Below, piece by piece: positions 27,255 to 40,087 of a stretch of DNA of 64,000 bases (position 1 is the stretch's first letter; each line of letters opens with the position of its first letter). The position numbers and the translations under genes are program-made. Source of the DNA: Antedon mediterranea (lineage: Eukaryota > Animalia > Echinodermata); assembly GCF_964355755.1 (NCBI RefSeq), contig NC_092671.1, forward strand, positions 18,104,001 through 18,168,000, read 5' to 3'. Below the pieces are notes generated by a model. That model worked only from the letters and a program-made list of their open reading frames with translations, did not search any database and was not told where the DNA came from.

Positions 27255-28489
27255 TTAAAGTTTTCGTATCTCAGGTAAACTAACCAATCACGTCATGCAT
27301 AGTGGAAAGACTATATGTAACATCATACATTCCAAAACAAATGCGTTATAATTCTTTCTGTAATGTACAGTACAATACCTATTAGTATTATGTATCCAAC
27401 AATTTAGTGATTTTATCATTGTCAAAAATGAAATATTAGTATGACTTATATTTCTGCAGTTGTTTTGTGCTGTTAATTACTTGTATACATTAATGTCACT
27501 CAAATATATATACTAGGATCAAAACAAAAATATTCAAGTAGTATTATGAATATATTTTTTAAATTACAAAAATTAAATGTTTTCTGAATATTTTTCAGAA
27601 AACAAAATAAAAATTTTTTAGTCAATCATATGGGACATTTTTAAAATTGTTTTCTTTCTAATTTATAGTCAGATTACAATGGCATGGACTATTTTTAAAA
27701 ACATTTTTTAATGTAAATAAATAATAAAAAAAGGAGAATATAAACAGTTAAAATTTAACTTCAATTAGTAAAAATATCCATGTAATCTGTTTTATTAAGA
27801 ATTTAAAAACCATTAATTTTAAATGTAATCATTTCGAGGTCAACTCATCACATTCATTATACTGATGTTGAATAAGTAATTACTCGTCATTGTTTAGATG
27901 TATAGAATAATGCATTATTTATGTCATTTTCAGATTATCTTTTCTTGCAGTACTGCTGGCCTGGTGGGAAATACAGCATATGTTTTTACATTGGTTGTGC
28001 CAATTCTATTTCAAATTAACTCCCAATTCCAATATATATTGTATTACAATACATAAAACCCCTTTGAGAATTCATGATCCTTTTAAAGTTGAGAATTGAA
28101 ATGTAATTCATTGAATGGATTTGACTTGCGGCTGCAATGCTATTTTCAATAAAATGTTTTCATAAAAAACTTTCTTTTCAAAACTGTATTATTCTAATTG
28201 ACTTTTTAAATTAATGGTGATTATATAACTACTTTCAAATTGTATTGAGCTACAGTATGATAACCCAGGAGTAAAATAACATGATATATGGAGATACAGA
28301 ATGCTAATTGTTTAATCTAACATAAAAGAATCGAACTTGAGGTAAAAAATTAAATACACCCTGATGCTAAAGTAAGTTGATCAACCTCTGATGTTATTTA
28401 TTACTATTTTTATACTATATGTAAGAAGCCTCTAGTTATATGTAATTCACAGCAACCTTCGCATATATTCAATATACAGTAAATATAAT

Positions 28490-28710
28490 TCATCTTCAGA
28501 ATGACTGGACATCGCTTATTTCAGCATTATTATCCAGTGTTTGCAGCTTACAGTGTGCTCGATTTTAGTTTTTAAAGAATTTATCAAGGCCGGTTTTTTG
28601 AGACAGTGCGATTTCTGTCGAAAGACGTTGTTCCAATCGTTCAATGTCCTAGGCAGAAAATCTGTTTATATAAATCTGTACACTTTAATATAAGCGTGTG
28701 TTTACTCATA
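28490..28710 (-). mobile_element. CR1-group LINE 3' fragment
   Basis: minus strand encodes FLPRTLNDWNN, resembling the FFPRT..WN motif near CR1 ORF2 ends. Confidence 0.55.
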
Positions 28711-31700
28711 TACAGTTCATGTGCAACATAACAGTGTCTGTCTCCCCTGATTAGTACAGTAGTGTTTTTATGATGTTTTTATTGTTACTTTATATGTACC
28801 TAGTTTTTATTATTATTAATTAAATTATCTTGGCAGTCTACTCTCTTTTATAATTGTTTTATATTATATGTATTCATACTTTTGCTATAATATATATAGA
28901 AAGAATCCACATGTACTGGAAGTAATAAACTGAATATCTTCTTTTTTAAGACAAAATGTATAAATAATCATGTTAGAAAAACAGTATCGCTTTTTGATGA
29001 TGAACAACTCTAAAATGTATATAGGAAATGTTTTTTTTTTATTTTGTATCTATTATGTTGTGTTTAGTTTTATGTTTTTTATGTAAAAGGGTCCTGCGAA
29101 AACAGAAGTGTAAACTTCTCTATGCAGGATCCTTACCATCATTTATGCTATGAAACTGTATTTATAAACGATGAGTAAATAAATGTGAATTGAATTGAAT
29201 TGTTCTAGTTTATTTAGTTGGTACTTGACCTCACCATAGTTTGTGAGTGCCAGCATTCCAAAAGTGAAGCTTGTCAAATGAATTACTGTAATTAACAATA
29301 TCATGTCATCCCTCTGGGGTGTGGATGATCACTAACTTTTAACACCGGAAAAAAAATTATTTGTCCTATTCCTGAGAAGAATCTGTGAGTTTGGTGTCAT
29401 TTCAATCACCACAATAAAAAATAAAATTAACATAAATCTAACCTAGCTTTGCCTAACCTTTATTGCTAATCTAGGTACCTGTACAGTATGAAAAATGACT
29501 CATTATTTGTTTTGAAACATTATGACATGTTTATTACTGTACTAAACAATAGTATAATATTTAACTGCTTAAGTACACAAATAATTGATGTTTGTGTTAG
29601 TTGATGAAGTACTTTTACTTGTCAGTCATAATTTTAGATGTTTGATTTCACAATATCATTCCACCTTGAAAGTCTCTCTCTCTTCTTCATTGAGTAGCAA
29701 AAATAACATATTTTATTCATAAATCAATTAAAAATATATTTTAACAAGAAAATAATATACTAAATTACCATTACTATATTTATTTGTATTAATAATATTT
29801 CATATTATAATAATAATAATGAATAAAAGAACTGGTACACTAATATTCAACGTTGAATGTAATCAAAACTAATCTCCTCCATTGAGTAGCAAAAAAAACA
29901 ACCTATTTTTTCCATAATCAATTTTGAATATATTCTTACTAACCAGAAAACAATACAAAACTCAAAGCCTTTTTCTTTGTATTAATATTTCATATTTATA
30001 ATTAATGTACAAGAACTATTATTTTACTAATAAGAGGCACATGTTATCCAGTTGATATATTATTTCAATAATTCAAAGTGCAAATGAGGTCAAATAAAAG
30101 TATTTGCTGTATAGTCTGTGTGCAAACAATTGGCTTTTATTGATCACATAAGAAGTGTTTTAATTTAATTCACAGGCATGAACGGACAATAGGCTGTGCA
30201 CTATCAAACACTCTGGAATTTATAGGATTATTTCTGGTTATTTTACTTATTTAACCATTTCTCATAAACAGGTGGATTTTAAATTTCATTGCTGTAGAAA
30301 AGTAAGGGATGTTTTTTTTTTATTGTAGGCCTACTGTATAAGATAGCAATAATGGTATTGTATTGATAGATAGTGTCTGTAGTGTGTGCATGATACAGAC
30401 AAAATTCAGTGTTATTGTATACGTATTCAATTTTTATAATGCCATGTTGCCAGATCTGTGGGGTTAACAAATATTGAATTGTTTGATAGTTAGGTTCAAA
30501 TTATTATTAATGTACAACTGTCAAACCTGTAGTTATTGTATTAATAAAATGTTTCTTTTGTTGTTGCATGGAGAAAATATTATTAATAAACCTCCATGGT
30601 TGTACAGTATACTGTATTAAGCCTGATCTACTTTATATTTTGTTCTATCCAAACCATAGTGGTTTCAATTGAGTTTTTTTTTTTACTGAATGAAAATGAA
30701 GCTTGATCTTTTTATTTAATATTAGATTATTTTAAATTGCAGTTTCTCTATGTATGAATTTACCCTTTGTTATTGACATATTTCATTATAGGAAATATGT
30801 TCATTGTTACATATTACCAAAAATCAATAAAGTTGTTATGGTAGTGTTAACAAATTAAGTAGATAATATTGGCCTGTGCAAAGGTAAAGTAGTTGGAACC
30901 AATGCGCTTGCAAGTGGTAAAAGGTATAAAGATAAAAATATGAACATGATTTAAAGGTAGAGTTTGTCGACACTTGCGTGCTTGTTTTGAACGCAGATTA
31001 ATTTATTGCGGTCTACTGTTATTATCGAAGCAAACATTACTAATGAGAATATAAAGTGAACGATTTAGTTTCCAAGCTTTCTCATTGTCCTTCTTAGCAT
31101 TTAATTTGATTCTTAAAAATCAGCAAACTATGAGGACTTAATGAAATTGTGAGGAAAAGAAAATTGTTTGAACATCAAATGAAGATAAATTAATCTATTG
31201 TATAATAGCTAAATGTCAGATCAGTCAAAACATCTGGACTGCTCTCGGTCAAGCTGTATTCCGATACAACCTGTATCAGCTACAATATTACCAAAGGTCT
31301 AGTTGTCATCAAGTCTGAAAGCTATACTGGCGGGGACATTTGTCCCTACTAGGTTTAACCAAGTCAGGCAGGTTTCAGGCTCTTCAGGCCTATGGTAGTA
31401 TTAGTTAGTTAGCTCTCTCATAAAAGAGCAGCCCTTAAACCATAGAAATATCCAGCTAGTGTCTGGGAGGGTTTAGTTTTCTCACTCGGAGCTGAAGTCC
31501 CGTAAGGCAGTTTAGTGAACTTTGTTCTACTTTTCTGGCAACTTCTGCAGCAGAGCTAGTACCAGTCGTATTGGTTTCCATTCCACTGGACACTACTAGT
31601 AATGCCGAGAGGGGATTCCTGATAATTGGGCAGCTCAGGATTCCATATATTATGCCCTGGCATACTTGGAGAGGCCACTCCAACTTTGTTTGTACAAAGG

Positions 31701-31932
31701 ATCAACACGGGGATCGTCAGTTACCGGTAATAAGTCTGTTGTCCAATTGGCGTAGGACTTGACGCCAGGGGTCGATCTCGACAGTGGGAGGGATTATTTA
31801 ATTCCATTGAATAGCTACCGCCCGCCTTAAGCTGGGCAGCCCCCAGCCAATTAGGTGCTATTCCGCCACCGATTGCTTGTCTCACTGGGTGCGTGGGACT
31901 TATGGTTTTAATTAGCCTGACAGGCAGTTAGA

Positions 31933-32970
31933 TTGAATGTACCCAAGACAAAAAGAAAAATTAGAAATAGAAATAATTATAAAACAAAGCTTCATTTAAA
32001 ACTTGGTACATGGAATATTTGTACTCTTAGAACTGGATTGAATAATGATCTGCAGAAAATAGATGATGCACGTAAAACAGCAGTCATCGACTCTGAGCTC
32101 TTACGTCTTGACCTTGATATTGTTGCTTTTTAAGAAACACGCTTGCTAGAATCTGGTTCACTGGAGGAAAGTAACTATACTTTTATATGGAAAGGGAATA
32201 ATACTGGCTGTGTGAGGCAGCATGGAGTTGGTTTTGCCATCAAGAATAACTTGTTCAGAGATGTTGTAGTATTAGAAGGCAGTAATGAGAGGCTGCTTGC
32301 AATTAGGCTTTCAAACTCTATTGAGTCACCCGTCATCTTGAGTTTGTATGCACCAACACTTATGAGTTCCGACGAGGTTAAAGATCAGTTTTATCAATAT
32401 CTGCATTCTTTTATTAAGAACATTCCTGAGAAAACGCCTTTAATTTTGCTCGGTGATTTTAATGCTCGAGTTGGTGACAACAGGGCAGCATGGCCAGCAT
32501 GCTTAGGGAATTTTGGTGTTGGAAAGCTAAATGAAAATGGACAGAGGCTTCTTGAATTATGCTCATACTTCAAACTTTGCGTAACTAACACATTTTTCAA
32601 ATCAAAGACATCTCACAAAGTTTCATGGAGACATCCTAGGTCTAAACACTGGCATCAGCTCGACTTAATAATCACACGCCGTTCTTCTTTAAATGATGTT
32701 AAAAATACTTGTACGTTTCATAGTGCAGTTTGCGAAACAGACCACTCTCTGGTCTGCAGTCGACTAAAAATTGTGCAAAAGCAAAGACCAAAAACCAAAC
32801 ATCACCCTCTTCGGAAGGTCAATGTCAAGGAAACATCCGACACTGATAAATGTGCAAAGTTTAAACATCAATTAGCAAAAAATCTTGCTATGCAAGATGA
32901 GTGCAAAGATATTGAAGAATAGTGGGGGAAAATGAAAACTGCAATTTATGACTCTGCTATAGAAGTGTTT
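31933..32970 (+). pseudogene. RTE ORF, AP-endonuclease domain (in-frame stops at 32131 and 32920)
   Basis: ORF track 31933-32133 and 32143-32922 are in the same frame and carry EN motifs. Confidence 0.9.
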
Positions 32971-35022
32971 GAGTGTTGACAAAGTGCGAGGCAGCGAGGC
33001 ACGCGAGGCAAGCGATGCATGCCAAATATTTGTGCGAGGCATCATTTTATCATTTCCAAAAGTGCGAGGCATCATTTTATCATTTCCAAAAGTGCGAGGC
33101 ATGCGAGGCATATAGTTTACAATTTCAAAAAGGTGCGAGGCATATCTTAACGTGCTATTATGATATATTATAGGCCTAATAATCAATCGATACAAGCGTA
33201 TCTAAATAGATTCGTGTATACACTCATCATGTTGTTTATTTTTATGTAACGATTGTTTTTTCATTCAAGTCATATCGTGTCAAATTTTACTTTTACAAAA
33301 GTGCCCAAACTACGGTTCAAAAATCTGAACGGCAGTCTTCAACTTTCGATAAACAATAATTGTTATAGCGACACACTCATCAAATGACTGCAATGTTTGT
33401 TGGCATTTCGAGCGTGTTCACTCACATGTCTCTCGAACATAGCAGAGTGAAAATAATATTTTGTCACACCCCTGCGCCTAGATCCGGTAGACCCGAGAGA
33501 TGGACAATCCCTCTTTACTATTTAGCAGGTAGCGGAATGATTCAGCCCTCAGCTCAGAGGATTGTGTTGCATTCCCCTCCTATAGCACGTGGTTTCAGCA
33601 GCAACGCACAGACTTCTCTCTGAGCGGCGTGCCAAAGACATTTTTGACATTCCATTCTCTAGGAACAACACGTGTACCTCTCTCGCAAATAAGGTGAACA
33701 GCGATTGCCAGGACAAGTTCAATAACTGGCGGTGAATAAAAGGTAACTGATATGCCGATCCAATAACATGCCGCAAAGAAAAAAATTGCGACAGAATTCT
33801 GGTGCGCGTGTGAAAAAAGACTTACGTCCGACAATTGTAATACTAGGCCTAAAATTAAACTTTAGCTAATATGCTTAGCCCTAACCTAGATAAGAGGCCT
33901 ATGTAGAAAATAATTTAATCAATTTTGATAAAATAATAATTGGTGTAATATTTAATAATGATACACTATTCCTGTTTTAGTAAGCTAGGTATATTACGAA
34001 CGATTTTTATTTATTGTTGTCCATGTACGTACTAATAAACCTGGCGCTAGTTTCCTTCGCTTGTATTTTTCCTCCAAATTTGATAACTAACTTTATCGTG
34101 TGAATACCACACCTTAGAAGTATACCTCATGAGTACTTTAATGAAAGAATCACATAAAAAGTAACACATAAATCCTTAAATTAATGATTTTACAGGCGTG
34201 TTTCTCGCACACTGTTCGCGAATTTCACTTATTCAATGTTCAATATTTTTGTTTCTATGGAGCGCCAAAAGAGCAACGATAATAGAGGACTAAAACTCAG
34301 TGGAATGCGTCAGTTTCTCATGCATTTATTGGTGAAAAACACGTTTTATTTCAATATATTTGTTAATTTGTCAATAAAAATGTTGTAATATGTTACTGCT
34401 GATACTGTTCTGTTTTCAAAGAATAATAATCGATCCTAAATCAACATCACTACCTAGTCTAGACCTAGGACATCCTACTAAGGATATTATGATGAATTTT
34501 TCTATTTTATTCTTTAAAAGGTTAACGAAACCGTGTACATTATCAACAGTAACATTTTTCCTTACTGACAGTGACAAAATCTATTGAAATTCTACTTGAT
34601 TTTCACCAAATAATGCGTTAAATATAAATGGATTCCACAGAGTTTTTAGCCCTCTAATTAATTTTGCTCTTTTGGCGTTCCATAGAAACCAAAATATTGA
34701 ACATTGAGTGTGCGAAATGCGAGAAAAACAACGTCTGTAAAATCACCAATTTAATGGATTTATTGTTACTTTTATGTGATTTTTCTTCATTAAAGTAGGC
34801 CTACTAATTCTAAGCTGTGGTATTCAGGATAAAGCCTTGGTTAAATTACAAGGCAGGTGCAAAAGGAAACTAGCCTAGCGGGCCTTGCAATTTTGAGAAA
34901 TGATAAAATGATGCCTCGCATTTTTTGATGATGGTAAAACGATGCCTCGCATAAATTTCTGACTTGCCTCGCATGCTTTCCCTGCCTCGCGTGCCTCGCT
35001 GCCTCGCACTTTGTTACTACCC
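32971..35022. mobile_element. Mutator/foldback-like non-autonomous DNA transposon inserted in the RTE ORF
   Basis: 9-bp TSD GAAGTGTTT (32962-32970, 35023-35031); inverted termini with tandem GCGAGGCA motifs; removal restores the frame SAIEVFGKKIKNNQDWF. Confidence 0.9.
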
Positions 35023-35031
35023 GAAGTGTTT

Positions 35032-37145
35032 GGTAAGAAAATAAAAAACAACCAAGACTGGTTTGAAGAAAAGTTTGAAAAGTTACTGCCCGTCATTGAG
35101 AAGAAACATACAGCTCTGTTAGCTTACAAGACTCGCGCTACACGGCATAATCTTGCTTCTCTACGTTTAGCAAGGGCTGATGTTCAACGAGTTGTGCGCC
35201 AGTGCACTAACGAGTACTGGGAGGAATTTAGTGCTCAGATACAACAAGTTGCTGATACAGGGCACTTGAAGGGAATGTATGAAGGAATCCGAAAAGCCAT
35301 TGGGCCAGTGCAAAAGAAAACAGCACAAATTAAAGACCGAAATGGTAATGTGATAATCGATCAGAAGAAACAGATGGACCGATGGGTAGAACATTACTCA
35401 GAAGTTTACCAAACTAAGATGCCTGTATCCCAGGAGGAACTAAAAAATGTTCAAAATTTACCAACTATGTTGGAACTTGATGCCTACCCAACTATGGATG
35501 AAGTACGATCAGCAGTAAAGCAACTGTCTTCAGGCAAGGCTCCTGGTGATGATGGTATACCAACTGAAATTATTAAAGCAGGTGGCCTGACTCTAATACA
35601 TCATCTGCATGAGCTTATTAGTCTCTGTTGGTCTCTTGGTAAACTTCCACAGGATTTCAAGAATGCATCCATTGTCACTCTGTACAAGAATAAAGGTGAT
35701 CGTCGTTGCTGTGATAATTATCGCGGCATTTCTCTGTTTAATATCTGTGGAAAAGTATTTGGAAAAGTAGTTCTACAACGTCTGCTGCCTTTAGCGGAAA
35801 GGGTATATCCAGAGTCTCAGTGTAGTTTTCGCTTTGGAAGATCTACCATTGATATGATATTCTCTATTAGACAGCTGTAGGAAAAATGTGTTGAGCAAAA
35901 ACTCTACCTGGCATTTATCGATCTCACTAAGGCTTTTGACCTTATTAATAGAGACTGTCTATTTGAAATCCTAAGGGAAATTGGATGTCCACCTACTCTA
36001 TTAAATATTATCCGATCCTTCCATCAAGGAATGCAAGCTACTGTCAAGTACAATGGAGCAGTGTCTGATTCATTTGAAGTCGAGAGTGGGACAAAACAAG
36101 GAGATGTTCTTGCCCCTCTTCTTTTTGGGATTTACTTTGCAGTCGTCCTCCAAAGAGCTTTTGAACCTAATCTTATGGAAGGAGTTTTATTGCATTGTAC
36201 AGTAGATCTTCTGGCAAGCTGTACAACCCGGCCAGACTTAAAGCTAAGACAAAAATATTTAAGGTTCTTCTTCGTGATTTTCTTTATGCAGATGATGCCT
36301 GTTTCTGCAGCCATTCTCCTAATGGTCTACAACTTCTACTTGATAAATATTCATGTGCCTGTGAACACTTTGGTCTCACCATAAGTGTAAAGAAAACAAA
36401 GATTTTACCGTTTAAAACAACTGGTCAAAACAATTTTACTGTCAACAATTTTCTACTTGAAAATGTTAGTAAATTTTCTTATCTTGGTTCAGTTATAACT
36501 TATAACAACTCTCTTAATTGTGAACTAAACATTCAAATCGGAAGAGCTTCTAGTACTCTCAGTCAGTTGTCTGCACGTATTTGGGAAAACAAAAATATTA
36601 GAGTGGCTGTGAAGATAAAAGTGTATATGGCATGTGTCATTAGCGTCCTCTTGTATGGAGCTGAATCATGGACAACCTATGCTAGATAAGAAAAGAAACT
36701 AAATGTCTTTCACCTCCGCTGTCTCCGGACTATCTTAAATATCAGATGGCAGGACAGAGTAACAAACAACAGTATCCTTGATAGATGTGGCATTTATTTT
36801 ACATTAATTCGACAGCGAAGACTACGATGGCTTGGTCATGTCAGAAGAATGGACGATACAAGAACTCCAAAGGTTATGTTGTACGGTGAGCTAGCGAATT
36901 GTAAAAGATCCAAAGGACGTCCACTTTTGCGTTTCAAAGATGCATGTAAAAGAGACTTGAAGGCAATGGACATCAATGTTAACACCTGGGAAAAAAAGGC
37001 TGATAACCGAAAATCATGGAAAGATTGTATTAAGGTAGGACTTGTACACAGTGAAGAAAGATATCGTATGGAAAATGAAGAGAGGTATCTGAAAAGAAAA
37101 TCTAGATCAGCCACTGGAACTCACACAGAGTCGCTGGAAAACTGA
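35032..37145 (+). pseudogene. RTE ORF, linker and reverse transcriptase (stops at 35878 and 36687; frameshift near 36195)
   Basis: KAPGDDGIP, NYRGISL, YADD, FSYLGS, LLYGAESWT, RLRWLGHV motifs. Confidence 0.9.
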
Positions 37146-38204
37146 TGAAATTCTCTCCAATGTCGTCTCCATAGTCAATCTTGACTGAAGGATGCCTGAT
37201 GATGATGATTTTAATAGCTGTACAATAGTTTGTTAGACTTTGTACAGAGAGCACTCTATTTCTTCCAAAACCATGGGACCAATAATCATGCCATTTCCCT
37301 GAAGTACAGTATTTTAACAGTGATTTTCCACTTTTTAAAACCAAGACCAATAAAAATATATAATTATAAGTTTATTCCCCGATTTTCAAGCTCCGCTGAT
37401 TAAATCGTAACATTGATTATCGCATGTAATTGTATACATAAACAATTTTATTGCCTTAAATGGTTTTCTTGAAGTTGAATGTATGTAGTGATTCATTTTT
37501 CATGTTTTAACGACTCGGGTTTTATTAAAAAATGGTAGCACCAATAAAATGTTGGTGACTACCTATTAAAATAGTACTTTAAGAAAATAAATAAATAACA
37601 AAAAAACCAACCTCTTTCCCCTTGAAAATTAGTATAGTATATTTTTTTTAAATTTCAGGCAATTCTCAGCCATTTTTACACATTCAGGTTACAGAGACGT
37701 AATTGGATTCAGCAATAGATTATTATACAGTATTTGCTATGTACTAAATTATTTTACAAATTTGATATCTAGCTTCAAATTGACAAAAACACCCATATGA
37801 ATGCTTGAATAAAATATGATAGATAATCTGTTGAAAGTTCATGTATGTTTATTTTTATGTTTATTTATACTTTTGTTTTCAGAACATTTAGAATGCTGAT
37901 GTAAACAGGCAAAGAAAGATAAAGTGTATGACATGATAACAATTTATCACTATAACATTTTTTTACTATAGTCATGTCATGATTTACACCTATCAAATGC
38001 TATTATTTTTCACTAAGTACAGTATGTCAATGGCATAAAACTCGGCGATGAGCGCTCACTGGGCCCCTGAGCAAGGTATCGGAGGAGTAGTAGGTTGAAA
38101 CGGCTAAAATTGACTCCTCCAGCAGTGGAGGACGACTTTAGGATCGTCCCTAAACTAGGACCTCAGGCCTCTGAGTTATGCTATTGCAAGTTATTGATTA
38201 TATT

Positions 38205-38445
38205 CAGTTTAGCTGTATCATCCCCTGTCGGATGTAGCCCTCCTCATGCTTCTGCCAATCCCACCTGTTCTGTGCTATCCTCGCCCACGTGGTGCCTGCA
38301 TACTTTGTAATGTCGTCCCTCCATCGCCGTTTCTGCCTCTTTTTCTTCTGCCGGTTCTTGTTTGCCAGTCTGTCATACGTTTTGTCCACCTGTTGTCATC
38401 CCTTCTTGCAAGGTGTCCCGCCAACGCAAGTTTCACAACCATAAG
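38205..38445 (-). mobile_element. 5'-truncated RTE-type LINE 3' fragment
   Basis: minus strand reads ...RRWRDDITKYAGTTWARIAQNRWDWQKHEEGYIRQ; 11-bp TSD TTGATTATATT at 38194-38204 / 38446-38456. Confidence 0.8.
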
Positions 38446-39251
38446 TTGATTATATTACAATACACTATATTTACACTACATTGTATTCAAGTTTTTAAAT
38501 GTTGCAATAATTATTGATTTATTATGAAAGTTAAGAACATAAATCAGTGTTTGGGGCAATATAATGTTCTTTCGGCCTTCATTAATTTAACTACTACTTC
38601 AGAACTACAGTATTTCATTTTCCATAGAAATACAAAGCAACATGAAAATTTACCCAAAAAATTAAAATGCTTCAGATGTTTTTATTATCTTGTTAAAAGG
38701 AAGACATGCATTCTGAAGTTAAAAGTTCTTTAGGTTGGAACACAACAAGCTCTTTGCTTTAACCCTTGGCACTGCTTGTGATAAGAGTGAAAACATGTTT
38801 AATGTTTTAACTTTACTTTGATTTTAATTATGTTATTCTTTAGGCCTTGAATAGGTCATTCAGATTCCCAACAGTCTAGTACTCAGATTAGCGTACCCAT
38901 AGGAATCCTCTCTCTCCTTTACACTATATCAGGTACATGATTTGTGACTGATATTCATGTTTATCTGACAGAGGCCTACAAAGATAGTTTGTTTATTGTA
39001 TATCTGATTGTAGAGTTTTTTATTTACGTTATGTGTTAATAAATTACTTGGTGGTATACCATCTTTAAAAACCTTTATAAAGCTCAAAGCAATTACTGTA
39101 CAATAATGTCAACTGGAACCAGTCAAATGATGGCATGATGTTCTCAATAGTGAGGACTGTTAACATAACAAGTAGGTACAGTAGGCCTATATACAGGCTG
39201 GAGTTAAATATTACCGTTACGTATATGTTCTTTTTAGGATTGTGAAACATT

Positions 39252-39500
39252 AGGGAGGTTTCTCATCTTATGAATATGATTTTTTTAAATGGATACGTCA
39301 TACATTTGTTAAACTTTGCGATGATCTTCCTTTCATATTCGTAAAACATATTCGTGTTGGCAAAAATTGACATTCATAATCGTAAGTACAAAACGAATAT
39401 AGTTTTTGATGTATTTTATCACATTTTGCATTAAATAAAAAATGAATATTATTAAAATAGATAACATAGATAATTTATTAAAAGTAATACTAAAAATATG
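39252..39500. mobile_element. truncated, older copy of the AWT-TSD MITE family (4273 / 46289)
   Basis: ATT|agggaggtttctc...ggatacgtca...ttcatattcgtaaa...acaaaacgaatatagtttttgat. Confidence 0.75.
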
Positions 39501-39819
39501 AGGTAATTTTCACGCAAATTTTCAGATTTGTTGTAAAAACCATACGCTGTAGGCACTTTTTGTGTTTGCCCTTTGAAAACCACACAAGCCTCATTGAAGG
39601 TGATAAAGTTAATTTAAAACAAATTAGACAGGAACTTTAATTGTCACAAGAGATCAGAGGGCATAACCTCTTGTATTGTGCAAGAAATCCCTCAGTGTAA
39701 ACTTGATTAATATTCTGAATTCATAATAATGTACTTATTATTATTTTAATTAATAATTAAACGGCATTTTGAACCATAATTGATAGTTTAACTTTGAGAG
39801 CTGAAGTGTACTTGTGATT

Positions 39820-40087
39820 TGACCAATGAAGAACTTGATTATAAGAAGATAATATTCAGCAGCCAATCAGAGAAGAGTTAGTGTTAGTCAATTATAACAT
39901 GGGTGATTGATTGGTCATGACCTCAGTCTGGCCAAGTGCACTCACTGTCTGCTGTTTAGTGTCCTCTCTGGACATTATATAAGTGGCCAGTTGGGTCCTG
40001 TACTTTTCCTATCTGTAGTCTATACTGGATACATGCTGATTTAATAACAATTTGTATAAGTTGTTTTTCTCACCAATAAATGTAAGT
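39820..40087 (+). promoter_or_regulatory. putative Pol II promoter and non-coding first exon of the SLC4 gene
   Basis: CCAAT at 39823 and 39863, ATTGG at 39910, TATATAA at 39976, GTAAGT donor at 40082. Confidence 0.55.

Larger units (their letters stand above)
31211..37210 (+). mobile_element. full-length RTE-clade non-LTR retrotransposon, inactivated, with nested DNA transposon
   Basis: GC-richer 5' UTR; APE endonuclease (GTWNI, GDFNARVG, TDH) and RT (KAFD, QGDVLAPLLF, YADD at 36285) in a single ORF; 3' hairpin agtcaa-tc-ttgact; (GAT)n tail; TAATAGCT TSD at 31203-31210 / 37212-37219. Confidence 0.9.

Noticed and set aside
32985-33145. GCGAGGCA repeats and a Cys-rich ORF (32973-33173)
   Set aside because: These are subterminal repeats of the transposon; the peptide is a by-product of the repeat.
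32131-36689. In-frame TAA/TAG codons in the RTE ORF at expected Gln positions, suggesting stop-codon reassignment or targeted editing
   Set aside because: Beta-catenin uses TAA as a normal stop, the ORF also has a frameshift and an insertion, and C-to-T at CAR codons is the commonest route to a stop.
37650-37930. Possible small non-coding exons (tttcag acceptors at about 37658 and 37882)
   Set aside because: Donors are weak and such sites are frequent by chance in AT-rich DNA.
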